Of a stretch of DNA of 64,000 nt, positions 18,356-27,587 are shown piece after piece. Under the pieces are notes generated by a model. The model did not search any database. It worked only from the letters and a program-made list of their open reading frames with translations, and was not told where the DNA came from. Source of the stretch: Deltaproteobacteria bacterium (GTDB taxonomy: Bacteria > Myxococcota_A > Polyangia > Polyangiales > JADJMO01); assembly GCA_016182965.1 (NCBI GenBank), contig JACPFM010000006.1:9160-73159 (forward strand), given 5' to 3'. Each line of letters begins with the position of its first letter. Within the stretch, counting starts at the first letter, position 1. The position numbers were made by a program, and so were the translations under genes.

Positions 18356-19159
18356 ATGCACAGCGCTTCGATCGAGCCGCCGTTCGACGAGGAGGTCCAC
18401 GCGTTCTACCGCGATGTGCTCTCGACGCTCCGCGACGAAGGAGTGCCGTTCCTGCTCGGTGGCGGCTACGCGATGCGGCATTGGACCGGCATCGCGCGCG
18501 ACAGCAAGGACCTCGATCTGTTCCTGCGACCCGATGACTGCGCGCGAGGCCTCGAGGCGATGCGGCGGCGCGGCTATCTCACGACGACGCCCTTCCCCCA
18601 CTGGCTCGCCAAGGTCTACGACGGCGATCTCTACGTCGACGTCATCTACAACTCCGGCAACGGCCTGACGAAGGTCGACGACGGTTGGTTCGAGCACGCC
18701 GACGACGGGCGCATGCTCGGCGTTCCGGTGAAGATCTGCCCGGCCGAGGAGACGCTCTGGTCGAAGTCGTTCGTCATCGAGCGTGAGCGCTGCGACGTCG
18801 CCGACGTCGCCCACCTGCTGCGCGCGCAGGGGCCACACCTCGACTGGCACCGCCTCCTCGCTCGGTTCGAGGAGAACGGGCGCGTGCTGTTCGCGCACCT
18901 GGTCCTCTTCGGGTTCATCTACCCGAACGAGTCCGACAAGGTCCCGCGCTGGGTGCTCGACCACCTGTTCGATCAGGTGCGCGGCGGGGAGACGCGGGCC
19001 GCGGAGGGGCTCTGTCGCGGCACGCTGCTCTCGCGGGCGCAGTTCCTCATCGACATCGAGCGCTGGGGGTACAAGGACGCGCGGACCGAGCTCGGGATCA
19101 TGCGCCCCTCGCAGATCGAGATCTGGACGGCGGCCATCGCCGACTCGCGCTCGCGTTGA
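18356..19159 (+). CDS. Nucleotidyltransferase-fold protein (uncharacterised NTase family)
   Basis: ATG 18356. 'LLGGGYAMRHWTGIARDSKDLDLFL' matches the G[GS]..D.D pattern of the pol-beta NTase fold. Confidence 0.65.
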   Translation: MHSASIEPPFDEEVHAFYRDVLSTLRDEGVPFLLGGGYAMRHWTGIARDSKDLDLFLRPDDCARGLEAMRRRGYLTTTPFPHWLAKVYDGDLYVDVIYNSGNGLTKVDDGWFEHADDGRMLGVPVKICPAEETLWSKSFVIERERCDVADVAHLLRAQGPHLDWHRLLARFEENGRVLFAHLVLFGFIYPNESDKVPRWVLDHLFDQVRGGETRAAEGLCRGTLLSRAQFLIDIERWGYKDARTELGIMRPSQIEIWTAAIADSRSR

Positions 19160-19182
19160 ACGCCTGACGCGGGGGGGACGAC

Positions 19183-20994
19183 ATGATCACCGAGCCGTTC
19201 GTTCTCACGGCCGGCGCCGCGACCGTCGACCCCCTGGTCCGAGACATCGGCGTCTGCCTGCTCGCCGCCGGAGCGCTCTCGCTGCTGTGCGCGAGGCTGC
19301 GGCTGCCGACGATCGCCGCGCTGCTCCTGGCCGGCGTCGCCATCGGACCGGTCGGGCTCTCGATCGTCACCGACCAGGCGCGCATCGAGACGATCGCGCG
19401 CCTCGGCCTCGTGCTGCTCTTGTTCGTCATCGGCGTCGAGGTCGACCTGCGGATGTTCGCCCGCAGCGGCCGCGCCATCTTGATCTCGGGGCTCTTGCAG
19501 GTCCCGCTGACGGTGGCGGCGGCGTGGGGCGCCTTCCTCGGCCTCCGCGCGCTCGGCGTCCCGTTGCTCGCGGGCGGGCACGCGCCGCTCTACCTCGCGC
19601 TCGCCTGCGGGTTCTCGTCGACGCTGCTCGTGTTCCAGCTGCTCCACGCGCGCAAGCAGCTCGACGCCGGCTCGAGCCAGCTCGCCATCGCGCTCCTGGT
19701 CTTCCAGGACGCCTGGGCGATCGTCGTGCTCGCGGTGCAGCCGAACCTGCAGCGCCCCGATCTGCTGCCGATCCTCGGCACCTTCGCCGGGATCTTCCTC
19801 CTGGTCGTCGCCGCCTTCGGCGCGTCGAAGTGGGTCCTGCCGCCGCTGTTCCGGCTGGTCGCGAAGGTCCCCGAGCTGGTGGTGCTCACCGCGCTCTCCT
19901 GGTGCTTCGCGCTCGGGCTGTTCGCGACCAACCTCGATCCGCTGCTGTCGCTCGTCGGCGTGCACGCGCGGCTGTCGGTCTCGCTCGAGCTGGCGGCGCT
20001 GATCGCGGGGGCGAGCATCGGAGGGCTCCCCTACGCGCACGAGATCGTCGGCAAGGTCATCTCCCTGCGCGACTTCTTCGTGACGCTGTTCTTCGTCGCG
20101 ATCGGCATGAGCATCCCGCTCCCGCGCGCGCCCGAGGTGATCGGGCTCGCGTGCGCGCTGGCCGTCATCGCGGTGGCGCTCCGCGCGCTCGTCTTCCTCC
20201 CCGTCCTCCACCTCGCCGGCGTCGATCGGCGACGGGCGGTGATCACCGCGACCCGCCTCGCGCAGCTGTCCGAGTTCTGCCTCGTCATCCTCTACCTCGG
20301 CCGCGGCCTCGGCCACGTCGACGGCGATCTGGTCGCGGTGGTGATCCTCGCGTTCGTGCTCACCGCGCTGGCGACGCAGCCGCTGTTCGGCGTCGCCGAG
20401 CGGATCGAGCCGGCCCTCGGGCCCGTCCTCTCGAGGCTCGGCATGCCGGCGCCGAACGAGTCGCGCGACACGCCGATGGTCTGGGCGCCCACGCGCCTGC
20501 TGCTCCTCGGGTTCCACCGACTGTCCTCGGCGATCATCCACGACCTCGAGCGCAACAACCCCGACCTGCTCTCGGCGACGGCGGTCGTCGACCTCAACGT
20601 CGCGCTGCACGACGCCCTGGCGGCGACCGGTGTCCACGTGGTCTACGGCGACGTCTCGAGCCTCGAGACGCTGGAGCACGCCGGCGCCCGCGACGCCGAC
20701 GTGATCGTCTGCACGGTGCCCGACGATCTCCTCAAGGGGACCTCGAACGTCGCGCTCGCCGCGACGCTTCGCCGGATCGCGCCGCACGCGCGCATCCTGG
20801 TGAACGCGCTGACCCGGCGCGACGCCGCGGCGATGTACGCCGCCGGCGCCGACTGGGTGTTCGCGTTCCGAGTCGAGGCGGCGCGCGGCGTGATCCCCGC
20901 CATCGAAGCGTGCCTCGAGGGCGAGCTCGAGGACTTCCGCGCCACGCGCCGCGAGGAGGGCGGCGACATCGCGTACCGGGAGGAGATCCTCTGA
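19183..20994 (+). CDS. Cation:proton antiporter (CPA2/Kef type) with C-terminal TrkA-N/RCK domain
   Basis: About 12 TM helices, then 'LLLLGFHRLSSAIIHDL...VVYGDVSSLETLEHAGARDADVIVCTVPDD'. Confidence 0.85.
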   Translation: MITEPFVLTAGAATVDPLVRDIGVCLLAAGALSLLCARLRLPTIAALLLAGVAIGPVGLSIVTDQARIETIARLGLVLLLFVIGVEVDLRMFARSGRAILISGLLQVPLTVAAAWGAFLGLRALGVPLLAGGHAPLYLALACGFSSTLLVFQLLHARKQLDAGSSQLAIALLVFQDAWAIVVLAVQPNLQRPDLLPILGTFAGIFLLVVAAFGASKWVLPPLFRLVAKVPELVVLTALSWCFALGLFATNLDPLLSLVGVHARLSVSLELAALIAGASIGGLPYAHEIVGKVISLRDFFVTLFFVAIGMSIPLPRAPEVIGLACALAVIAVALRALVFLPVLHLAGVDRRRAVITATRLAQLSEFCLVILYLGRGLGHVDGDLVAVVILAFVLTALATQPLFGVAERIEPALGPVLSRLGMPAPNESRDTPMVWAPTRLLLLGFHRLSSAIIHDLERNNPDLLSATAVVDLNVALHDALAATGVHVVYGDVSSLETLEHAGARDADVIVCTVPDDLLKGTSNVALAATLRRIAPHARILVNALTRRDAAAMYAAGADWVFAFRVEAARGVIPAIEACLEGELEDFRATRREEGGDIAYREEIL

Positions 20995-20996
20995 GG

Positions 20997-21369
20997 ATCG
21001 AGTCTAGAGTCGAGAGTCCAGAGTGGCTTTGCACCAAGAACTCGCGAGGTGCCCTCTCGCCGTGGAACACCTCTAGCGGGACCTCACGCGGGCTCCTGAA
21101 ACCGGAGTGCTTCGCTGGGACCTTTGCCCTCACCCCGACCCTCTCCCAGAGGTAGAGGGAGCGAGAAATGCCCGCAGCTCTCGGCCCTCTCCCTTCGGGA
21201 GAGGGCCTGGGTGAGGGCCCTCTCTCGCGACCGCATCTCGCGTCAGAGTCCTGCGCCGTTCACTCGTCGCGCCACGACAACGGCACCCGCCCCCACCGGC
21301 CGCGGGTCTCTGTCTCTTCTCTCCACTCTAGACTCTAGACTCTAGACTCTAGACTCTGGACTCTGGACC
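20997..21369. repeat. Composite repeat: inverted GAGTCNA heptamer arrays flanking ~295 bp that holds an inverted pair of 'GCCCTCACCC..CCCTCTCCC' hairpin elements
   Basis: Left arm 20997-21027 starts 3 nt after stop 20994. Right arm 21323-21369 is '(tagactc)x4(tggactc)x2'. Inner elements are at 21126-21162 and 21183-21219 (reverse complements of each other). Confidence 0.85.
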
Positions 21370-21430
21370 GCTGCCTCCCCAGCCGATCCTGGCGTATCTC
21401 AGACCAGAGTGACGGCAGGGTTGACGCCCC

Positions 21431-22990
21431 ATGCCACGTGCGGAGACGCTTCCGTCGCCCTCCATGTCCCCAAGCCGCCTCGCCCGCGCTCGGGGGGTTC
21501 GCGGTCGCCAGCGAACGCTGGCCGTCGCCTTCGCCCTCGCCCTGATCTCCGCCGCCGGCTCCGCCGCGGCCGCCGACCCCGAGGCGACGCCGCCGGGGAC
21601 CACTCCGCCGCCCTCGGCGCCGAAGTACCCGACGCAGGCCACCGCCGCCGCGCCGGCGGGTGAGGGCTTCTCGTTCGGCTCCTACGGGCGCGTGAGCACG
21701 GCGAGCGATCTCCGTGGCGGCAGCGGCCGCGAGGCGAACATCACCGCCTTCGGCTCGCGGCTCGATCTCCCCACGTACGCCGAGATCCAGCTCGAGCGCC
21801 GCGACAGGTGGCCGAACAAGGGCGGCGTCGGCTCGGTGAGCACCAACGTGGTGTTCACGATGGCCTTCGCCGGCCCGCTCTTCCACGAGACGGGCGTCTT
21901 CGACGCGAAGACGGCGGTCCGCAACCTCTACGCCGACACCAAGGGCATCTTCCACAAGGGGTTCTCGGCGTGGATCGGCTCGCGGATGTACCGCGGCGAC
22001 GACGTCTACCTCCTGAACTTCTGGCCGCTCGACAACCTGAACATGGTCGGTGGCGGCGTGAAGCTCGCGCTCGACACGACGAGCGAGGAGGCGACCACCC
22101 TCGCCCTCGCCGTCGGCCTCGGGCGGGCGCAGGATCCGTTCTCGTTCCAGACCATCCCGTCGTCGTCACCGAGCGGCTTCGGCGCGACCCAGGTCACCTT
22201 CCTCGATCGCCCGCGGCTGGTCACCAGCCTCAAGGCGCAGCACCTCACCTTCCTCAAGCAGGGCAAGGAGGGCGAGGGCGCGAAGCCGGGGTTCAAGGTC
22301 GCCCTCTACGGCGAGCAGCACTCGATGGGCCGCGGCGTGCGCTTGAACGAGAGCAACCTCAGAGAGGAGCTCCCGTCCGAGCGCGGCACGATGATCGGCG
22401 GCCAGCTCGGGTTCTTCACCGGCGAGCGCGACGTCTTCGTCAACCTCTTCCTCCGCTACGCGACGGGCCTCGCCGCGTACGGCGACAAGACGGTGCCCTC
22501 CGCGCTCAACCTCGACAAGAGCACGAGCGGCGCGCACGAGACGCAGCTGGCGCTCTCGGCGAACTACGAGAAGGGTCCGCTCGGCGTGCTGGTCGGCGGC
22601 TACTTCCGCGCCTTCAAGGACGCGTCGGGCAACGCCTACTCGCGCAACACGTTCAACGAGGGCTCGCTCGTCGTGCGCCCGCAGGTGTGGCTCGGCGATC
22701 ACTTCGGGCTCGCGCTCGAGGGCAACTACCAGTCGCTCGCCACCGCCGCGGTGCGCGACGACGGCAGCCGCGAGCGCGCGTCGCTCTGGCGGTTCGGCGT
22801 CGTGCCGTTCCTCTCGCCGGCGGGGCGCGGCTCGTTCACCCGCCCGCACTTCCAGCTGATCTACCTCTACACCTCGCGCGACGCGGGCGCGCGCCTCCGC
22901 TACGCGCCCGACGACAAGTTCGCGCGTCGCCAGAACGAGCACTACCTCGGCTTCACGGTCGAGTGGTGGTTCAACTCCAGCTACCGGTGA
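21431..22990 (+). CDS. Outer-membrane carbohydrate porin, maltoporin (LamB)-like
   Basis: Signal peptide '..ISAAGSAAAA'. Beta-strand-rich. C-terminus 'FTRPHFQLIYLYTS...HYLGFTVEWWF' resembles the LamB 'RPELR..FATYA..EIWW' end. Directly upstream of a GH13 gene. Confidence 0.7.
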   Translation: MPRAETLPSPSMSPSRLARARGVRGRQRTLAVAFALALISAAGSAAAADPEATPPGTTPPPSAPKYPTQATAAAPAGEGFSFGSYGRVSTASDLRGGSGREANITAFGSRLDLPTYAEIQLERRDRWPNKGGVGSVSTNVVFTMAFAGPLFHETGVFDAKTAVRNLYADTKGIFHKGFSAWIGSRMYRGDDVYLLNFWPLDNLNMVGGGVKLALDTTSEEATTLALAVGLGRAQDPFSFQTIPSSSPSGFGATQVTFLDRPRLVTSLKAQHLTFLKQGKEGEGAKPGFKVALYGEQHSMGRGVRLNESNLREELPSERGTMIGGQLGFFTGERDVFVNLFLRYATGLAAYGDKTVPSALNLDKSTSGAHETQLALSANYEKGPLGVLVGGYFRAFKDASGNAYSRNTFNEGSLVVRPQVWLGDHFGLALEGNYQSLATAAVRDDGSRERASLWRFGVVPFLSPAGRGSFTRPHFQLIYLYTSRDAGARLRYAPDDKFARRQNEHYLGFTVEWWFNSSYR

Positions 22991-22995
22991 GCACC

Positions 22996-24855
22996 ATGCG
23001 ATTGCGCTCGATTCTCCCGTTCGCCCTCGCCATGGCCGCCATGGTCGCGACGTCTTGTGTCGACGTCTCTCCCGACCCGGAGCTGCAGGTCGGCAATCAC
23101 GTCGACGACTGGCGCGACGAGGTCATCTACCAGGTGCTCATCGATCGCTTCGCCAACGGCGATCTGAGCAACGACTACCGCGTCAACAAGGCGCACCCGG
23201 CGCGCTACCACGGCGGCGACTGGAAGGGCCTCGCCGACAAGCTCGATTACATCCAGGCGCTCGGCGTCACCACGCTGTGGATCTCCCCCATCGTCCGCAA
23301 CGTCGAGACCGACGCGGGGATCGACAGCTACCACGGGTATTGGACGCAGGACCCGTTCCTGCTCAATCAGCACTTCGGCAACCTGCACGACCTGCAGGAC
23401 CTGGTGAGGCGCGCGCACCGCCGGAAGATCAAGGTGGTGCTCGACATCGTCACCAACCACATGGGTCAGCTGTTCTATTACGACATCAACCAGAACGGCC
23501 GGCCCGACGAGAGCGTCCAGGGCGGGATCAAGACCGCGAAGAACCCCGGCGGGACGGTCCACATCACCGAGTACGATCCGGACTACGAGGCGCCGGTCGT
23601 GCAGTCGTTCACGTCGCTCGGCAACGCCGGTCCGGCGCCGATCATCTTCATCCGCGATCCGGCCATCAACCGCATCCCGCCGCAGACGCCCGAGGCGTGG
23701 ATCCTGGCGACCGCCGAGGGCTACCACCGCCGGGGCCGCATCGTGAACTACGACGCGCCGCCCGACGGCACCGAGCAGACCATGTTCGGCGACTTCCCCG
23801 GCGGCCTGAAGGACGTGGCCACCGAGGACCCGCGCGTCCGCGACGTGATGCTGAAGGCCTACGGCCGCTGGATCCAGCTCGCCGATCTCGACGGCTTCCG
23901 CATCGACACGGTCAAGCACGTCGAGCACGAGTTCTGGGAGGTGTGGAGCAAGGGCATCCGCGACAAGGCGAAGTCGCTCGGCAAGCCGAAGTTCCTCCTC
24001 TTCGGCGAGGTGTTCGACGGGAAGGACGATCTGGTCGGCAGCTACACCGGCGTGCGGAAGGACGCCAAAGGCACCCGCCTGCCCGACGTCGACGAGCTCG
24101 ACGGCCTGTTCGACTTCCCGCAGTACTTCCAGGTGTTCCGCGACGTGTTCATCGGCGGCGGCCCGACCACCAAGATCGCCGCGCGCTGGACGGAGCGCGC
24201 GAGCAACTGGTCGAAGACGCCGCCCGCCGGCGGCATCGGCGTCGCGCCCGTCGAGGCGCACGTGAACTTCCTCGACAACCACGACGTCGGGCGCTTCCTC
24301 TGGCAGGCGTCGGGTTCCGGTCGCGAGAAGGACAAGCTCGCGGTGCTGCACAACGCGCTCGCCTTCCTCCTCACCGAGGACGGCATCCCGTGCATCTACT
24401 ACGGCACCGAGCAGAACTTCTCCGGCGGCAACGATCCGTCCAACCGCGAAGACCTCTGGCTGTCGGGCTACGACAAGACCAACGAGACCTTCCAGCGCAT
24501 CGCGCGCCTCAACCGCGTCCGCGCCGCGGTCCCCGCGCTGCGCCGCGGCGACATGCAGTTCACCTGGACGACCGATCACGTCGCCGACGAGAGCGACGCC
24601 GGCATCGTCGCCTTCGAGCGCTTCACCGCCGACGGCAGCTACGCGCTGGTGGTCATCAACACCAACGCCGCCCACGCGTCGACCACCGAGTTCGGCGCCA
24701 ACGCGATGAAGGTCCGCGCCCCCGAGGGCCTCGAGCTCGCCGACTACCTCCCGCCGAGCGGCGGCCAGAAGGTCACGGTCACCGGCGGCACGGTGAAGAT
24801 CACGGTGCCTCCGACGAGCGCGGTGATCCTGCTGCCGTCGTCCGCGCGCATCTGA
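22996..24855 (+). CDS. GH13 alpha-amylase-family lipoprotein
   Basis: ATG 22996, lipobox 'MVATSC'. 'VIYQVLIDRFANGD', 'VVLDIVTNHM', 'GFRIDTVKHV', 'LFGEVF', 'FLDNHDVGRF'. Confidence 0.92.
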   Translation: MRLRSILPFALAMAAMVATSCVDVSPDPELQVGNHVDDWRDEVIYQVLIDRFANGDLSNDYRVNKAHPARYHGGDWKGLADKLDYIQALGVTTLWISPIVRNVETDAGIDSYHGYWTQDPFLLNQHFGNLHDLQDLVRRAHRRKIKVVLDIVTNHMGQLFYYDINQNGRPDESVQGGIKTAKNPGGTVHITEYDPDYEAPVVQSFTSLGNAGPAPIIFIRDPAINRIPPQTPEAWILATAEGYHRRGRIVNYDAPPDGTEQTMFGDFPGGLKDVATEDPRVRDVMLKAYGRWIQLADLDGFRIDTVKHVEHEFWEVWSKGIRDKAKSLGKPKFLLFGEVFDGKDDLVGSYTGVRKDAKGTRLPDVDELDGLFDFPQYFQVFRDVFIGGGPTTKIAARWTERASNWSKTPPAGGIGVAPVEAHVNFLDNHDVGRFLWQASGSGREKDKLAVLHNALAFLLTEDGIPCIYYGTEQNFSGGNDPSNREDLWLSGYDKTNETFQRIARLNRVRAAVPALRRGDMQFTWTTDHVADESDAGIVAFERFTADGSYALVVINTNAAHASTTEFGANAMKVRAPEGLELADYLPPSGGQKVTVTGGTVKITVPPTSAVILLPSSARI

Positions 24856-24910
24856 CGATCTCCCTGCGCTTCGCGATCTCCCAGCGCTTGCGATCTCCCG
24901 TTAGCTTCGG
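24856..24910. repeat. 17-bp tandem repeat x3 starting 1 nt after the amylase stop codon
   Basis: 'cgatctccctgcgcttcg / cgatctcccagcgcttg / cgatctcccgttagcttcgg'. Confidence 0.8.
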
Positions 24911-24996
24911 CGCGAGCGTTTTGCCTGGCCGTCGATGGGCACGTGGCGCGTCCGAGGGGACCGCCGCAGGTCCGCTCGCGGGCACCAGCCCTCGCG

Positions 24997-25253
24997 ATTT
25001 CGGCCCCGAACTGCTGAACAGGTTCAGCAAATGGGGCGAGGACCGTTCCCGCACGGCCAATGAGCCTCGTGCGCGTTGTTGAACACGTTCAACAACTCCG
25101 AGCGCCCGCGCGAATCCGGAGCGCGACCAGGGGTTCAGCAATTGCTGAACACGTTCAGCGACTCGGAACCCGACGGCGCCGGCCGCAATCGGTAGGTCGC
25201 GCCGCGGCAGCTCTCCGTTTGCTGAACCGGTTCAGGAGTTCGGACCCGAAAAA
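24997..25253. mobile_element. MITE-like non-coding element with ~37-bp terminal inverted repeats and four 20-bp palindromes
   Basis: Left end 'tttcggccccgaactgctgaacaggttcagcaaatgg' versus the reverse complement of the right end 'tttcgggtccgaactcctgaaccggttcagcaaacgg' (32/37). Palindromes TTGCTGAAC-NN-GTTCAGCAA are centred near 25020, 25085, 25151 and 25228. No ORF inside. Confidence 0.55.
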
Positions 25254-25352
25254 GAGGAGGGAGGGCTCGCCCGACCGCGGGCCGCCCAGGCAACCGGAGC
25301 GCGGACGGCGTCGCCCGCCGCGGCAGATTTCGAGGCGACGGCGCGCGCGCCG

Positions 25353-26642
25353 TCAACCGCGTCGCGCCGGCCCCTGCCGAGCGCGCCTGCCGGGGAAAGC
25401 GATCCGCGCCGCCAACGCGAGGCTGGCCGCCGCGACCAGCAGGAAGATCACTGCAACGCCGATCCACCCCCTTCGCAACGCATCCATCGCGAGGGCGCCG
25501 ACGGACACGGCGACGGCCACGCAGATCGTGGTCAACAGGACACGCGGCAGGGGCTCCCAGATCATCGACGGCATCGGTCGGCGGCGCTCTTCGGTCTCGC
25601 GCTCGCGGTCGATGCGCGCCCGCGAGGGACCGCGGAAGCGGATGGACCACGCGACGGTGTCGCCGCTGCCGGCGCGATAAGGAGCGCCGCGCGGCACGGG
25701 GCGGTACGCACGCGCGTCGGCGGAGGCGCCGGGAATCGACGCGCCGCGGGTGCCGTCGAGCGCGCACTCGCGCGGGCACCGCAGCTCGTCCTCGCCTTCG
25801 AGGCTCGCGCCACACGAGGGGCAGCGCGGCTCGCGCGCGATGACCTCGAGGCGAAGCGCACCGATCCGCTGCTCGTCGCCGCGGCGGAACGGAACGTCGA
25901 CGGAGAGCGGCGCCTCCGCGCGCTCGTCGTCGGCGACGTCGTGCGCATGAACGGCGATCCGCGACCAGACCTCGCTCGGCGCGGTCGCCTCGGCACCGCA
26001 AGCGCACGCGATCTCGGACCCGAACGTCGGATCCAACGCGTGCCCGCAGAACGGGCAGGCGATCCGTAGCGTGATCTCGCCCCACAGCGTCCGCATCGGA
26101 GGTGGCGGCGCGACGTCGACCGTCCGAGCGACCGAGAGGCACGCCCGGAACGTGCGCGGGTCGATGGCCGGCGAGAGGCACGTCGTCGGGCCCCACGGCT
26201 CGACCCTCGCCGGCACCGGAGTCGGGCCGGTCATCGACGCCTCGACGTAGCGGCGCCTGCGCTCGAGGATCGCGGCACGCGCCGCCGGGCGTGACGCCGG
26301 GGCCGCGCCGGGGAGCGTGTCGAGCACGTCTTCCATCCACTCGACGCCCGCGCCGAGCGCTTCGTCGCGCGGCAGCGCCAGCGCAATCCAGAGGACCTCG
26401 TCGTCGACGCCGAGCTCCAGGGGCTGCTCGACGCCATCGACGCTGAAGCCGGGCGCCGCAGCGATCGCGTGTCGCGCCCGGTCGAGCGCGGCCGACGCCC
26501 CGGAGGCCTCGAGCGCAACGGCTCCGAGCACGTGCTCGGCGCCGCTCGCGGCGTCGCGCACGACGAAGACGCGGCCGCGTTCCTCGATCGCGCGCACGTC
26601 GACGAACCGACTCGAGAGGACGCGACCGCTCGGGAGATCCAC
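25353..26642 (-). CDS. Hypothetical protein with Zn-ribbon-like Cys motifs and C-terminal TM helices
   Basis: 'IACPFCGHAL..IACACG', 'RCPSCGASLEGEDELRCPREC'. C-terminal TM helices 'VLLTTICVAVAVSVGALA' and 'IGVAVIFLLVAAASLALA'. High GC3. Follows the kinase gene by 26 nt. Confidence 0.7.
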   Translation of the reverse strand: MDLPSGRVLSSRFVDVRAIEERGRVFVVRDAASGAEHVLGAVALEASGASAALDRARHAIAAAPGFSVDGVEQPLELGVDDEVLWIALALPRDEALGAGVEWMEDVLDTLPGAAPASRPAARAAILERRRRYVEASMTGPTPVPARVEPWGPTTCLSPAIDPRTFRACLSVARTVDVAPPPPMRTLWGEITLRIACPFCGHALDPTFGSEIACACGAEATAPSEVWSRIAVHAHDVADDERAEAPLSVDVPFRRGDEQRIGALRLEVIAREPRCPSCGASLEGEDELRCPRECALDGTRGASIPGASADARAYRPVPRGAPYRAGSGDTVAWSIRFRGPSRARIDRERETEERRRPMPSMIWEPLPRVLLTTICVAVAVSVGALAMDALRRGWIGVAVIFLLVAAASLALAARIAFPGRRARQGPARRG

Positions 26643-26668
26643 GCGCCCACGCTACCCGAACGCCAATG

Positions 26669-27556
26669 TCACCGCACGATCCCGAGCGCGCTCTCGTACG
26701 CGTCGGAGAACGCGCGCGGCGTCGGGAAGCGACGGTCGATGGCGCGGGCGAAGGCGCGGGCGAACACGCCGTCGATCGCGCGCGGAAGCGAGGGCATGAT
26801 CGTCGTCGGGAGCTTGAACTCCGCCTCGCAGACGTGGATGAGCACCTCGCGCGTCGAGCGCCCGGTGAACGCGTCCTTCGCGAGCAGGCTGCGGTAGGCG
26901 AGGCACGCGAGCCCCCACACGTCGGCGCGCTCGTCGACGATCTCGCCGCGCGCCTGCTCGGGGCTCATGTTCATCGGGGTGCCGAGCACGATGCCGTTCG
27001 AGGTGTGGTGCCGGCAGAACGGCTGCATCCCCGGCGCGCCCCTGGCGAGCCCGAAGTCGATCACGCGCGCGATCATCCGCCCGTCCTCGCGCGTCAGCAG
27101 GACGTTGCCGGGCTTCAGGTCGCGGTGGACGATCCCCACGGCATGCGCCACGGTCAGCGCGCGCGCGACGTGGCGCACCACGCGCGCCGACTCCTCCGGC
27201 ACGAGCGGCCCCTGCTCGATGCGGTCCTCGAGCGAGATGCCCTCGTAGAGCGGCATCACGAGGTACGGCCTTCCGAAGTACAAGCCCTCGTCGACCACCG
27301 GCACGACGTGGTGGGTCCTGCGACCGAGCAGACCGCCGAGCCGCGCCTCGAGCTCGAAGCGGGAGACGGTGTCGTCATTCAGCCCACACAGCGGGGCGAG
27401 GAGCTTCATCGCGAACTCCTGATCGATCGCGAGGTGACGCACCGCCCAGACCTCGGCCATGCCGCCGCGCGCGATGCGCCGGGCGGCTTCGTACCGCCCG
27501 TCGATGAAGTCGCCGGGCAGCAGCTTCAGCTTGGCGTCGAAGGCTACCGCGGTCAT
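26669..27556 (-). CDS. Hanks-type Ser/Thr protein kinase (kinase domain only)
   Basis: ATG 27556 (MTAVAFDAK). 'GGMAEVW', 'HRDLKPGNVLL', 'DFGLAR', 'MSPEQ'. Confidence 0.9.
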   Translation of the reverse strand: MTAVAFDAKLKLLPGDFIDGRYEAARRIARGGMAEVWAVRHLAIDQEFAMKLLAPLCGLNDDTVSRFELEARLGGLLGRRTHHVVPVVDEGLYFGRPYLVMPLYEGISLEDRIEQGPLVPEESARVVRHVARALTVAHAVGIVHRDLKPGNVLLTREDGRMIARVIDFGLARGAPGMQPFCRHHTSNGIVLGTPMNMSPEQARGEIVDERADVWGLACLAYRSLLAKDAFTGRSTREVLIHVCEAEFKLPTTIMPSLPRAIDGVFARAFARAIDRRFPTPRAFSDAYESALGIVR

Positions 27557-27587
27557 GCAACCCCGCCGGTGCAACCGCTGTGCGAGA

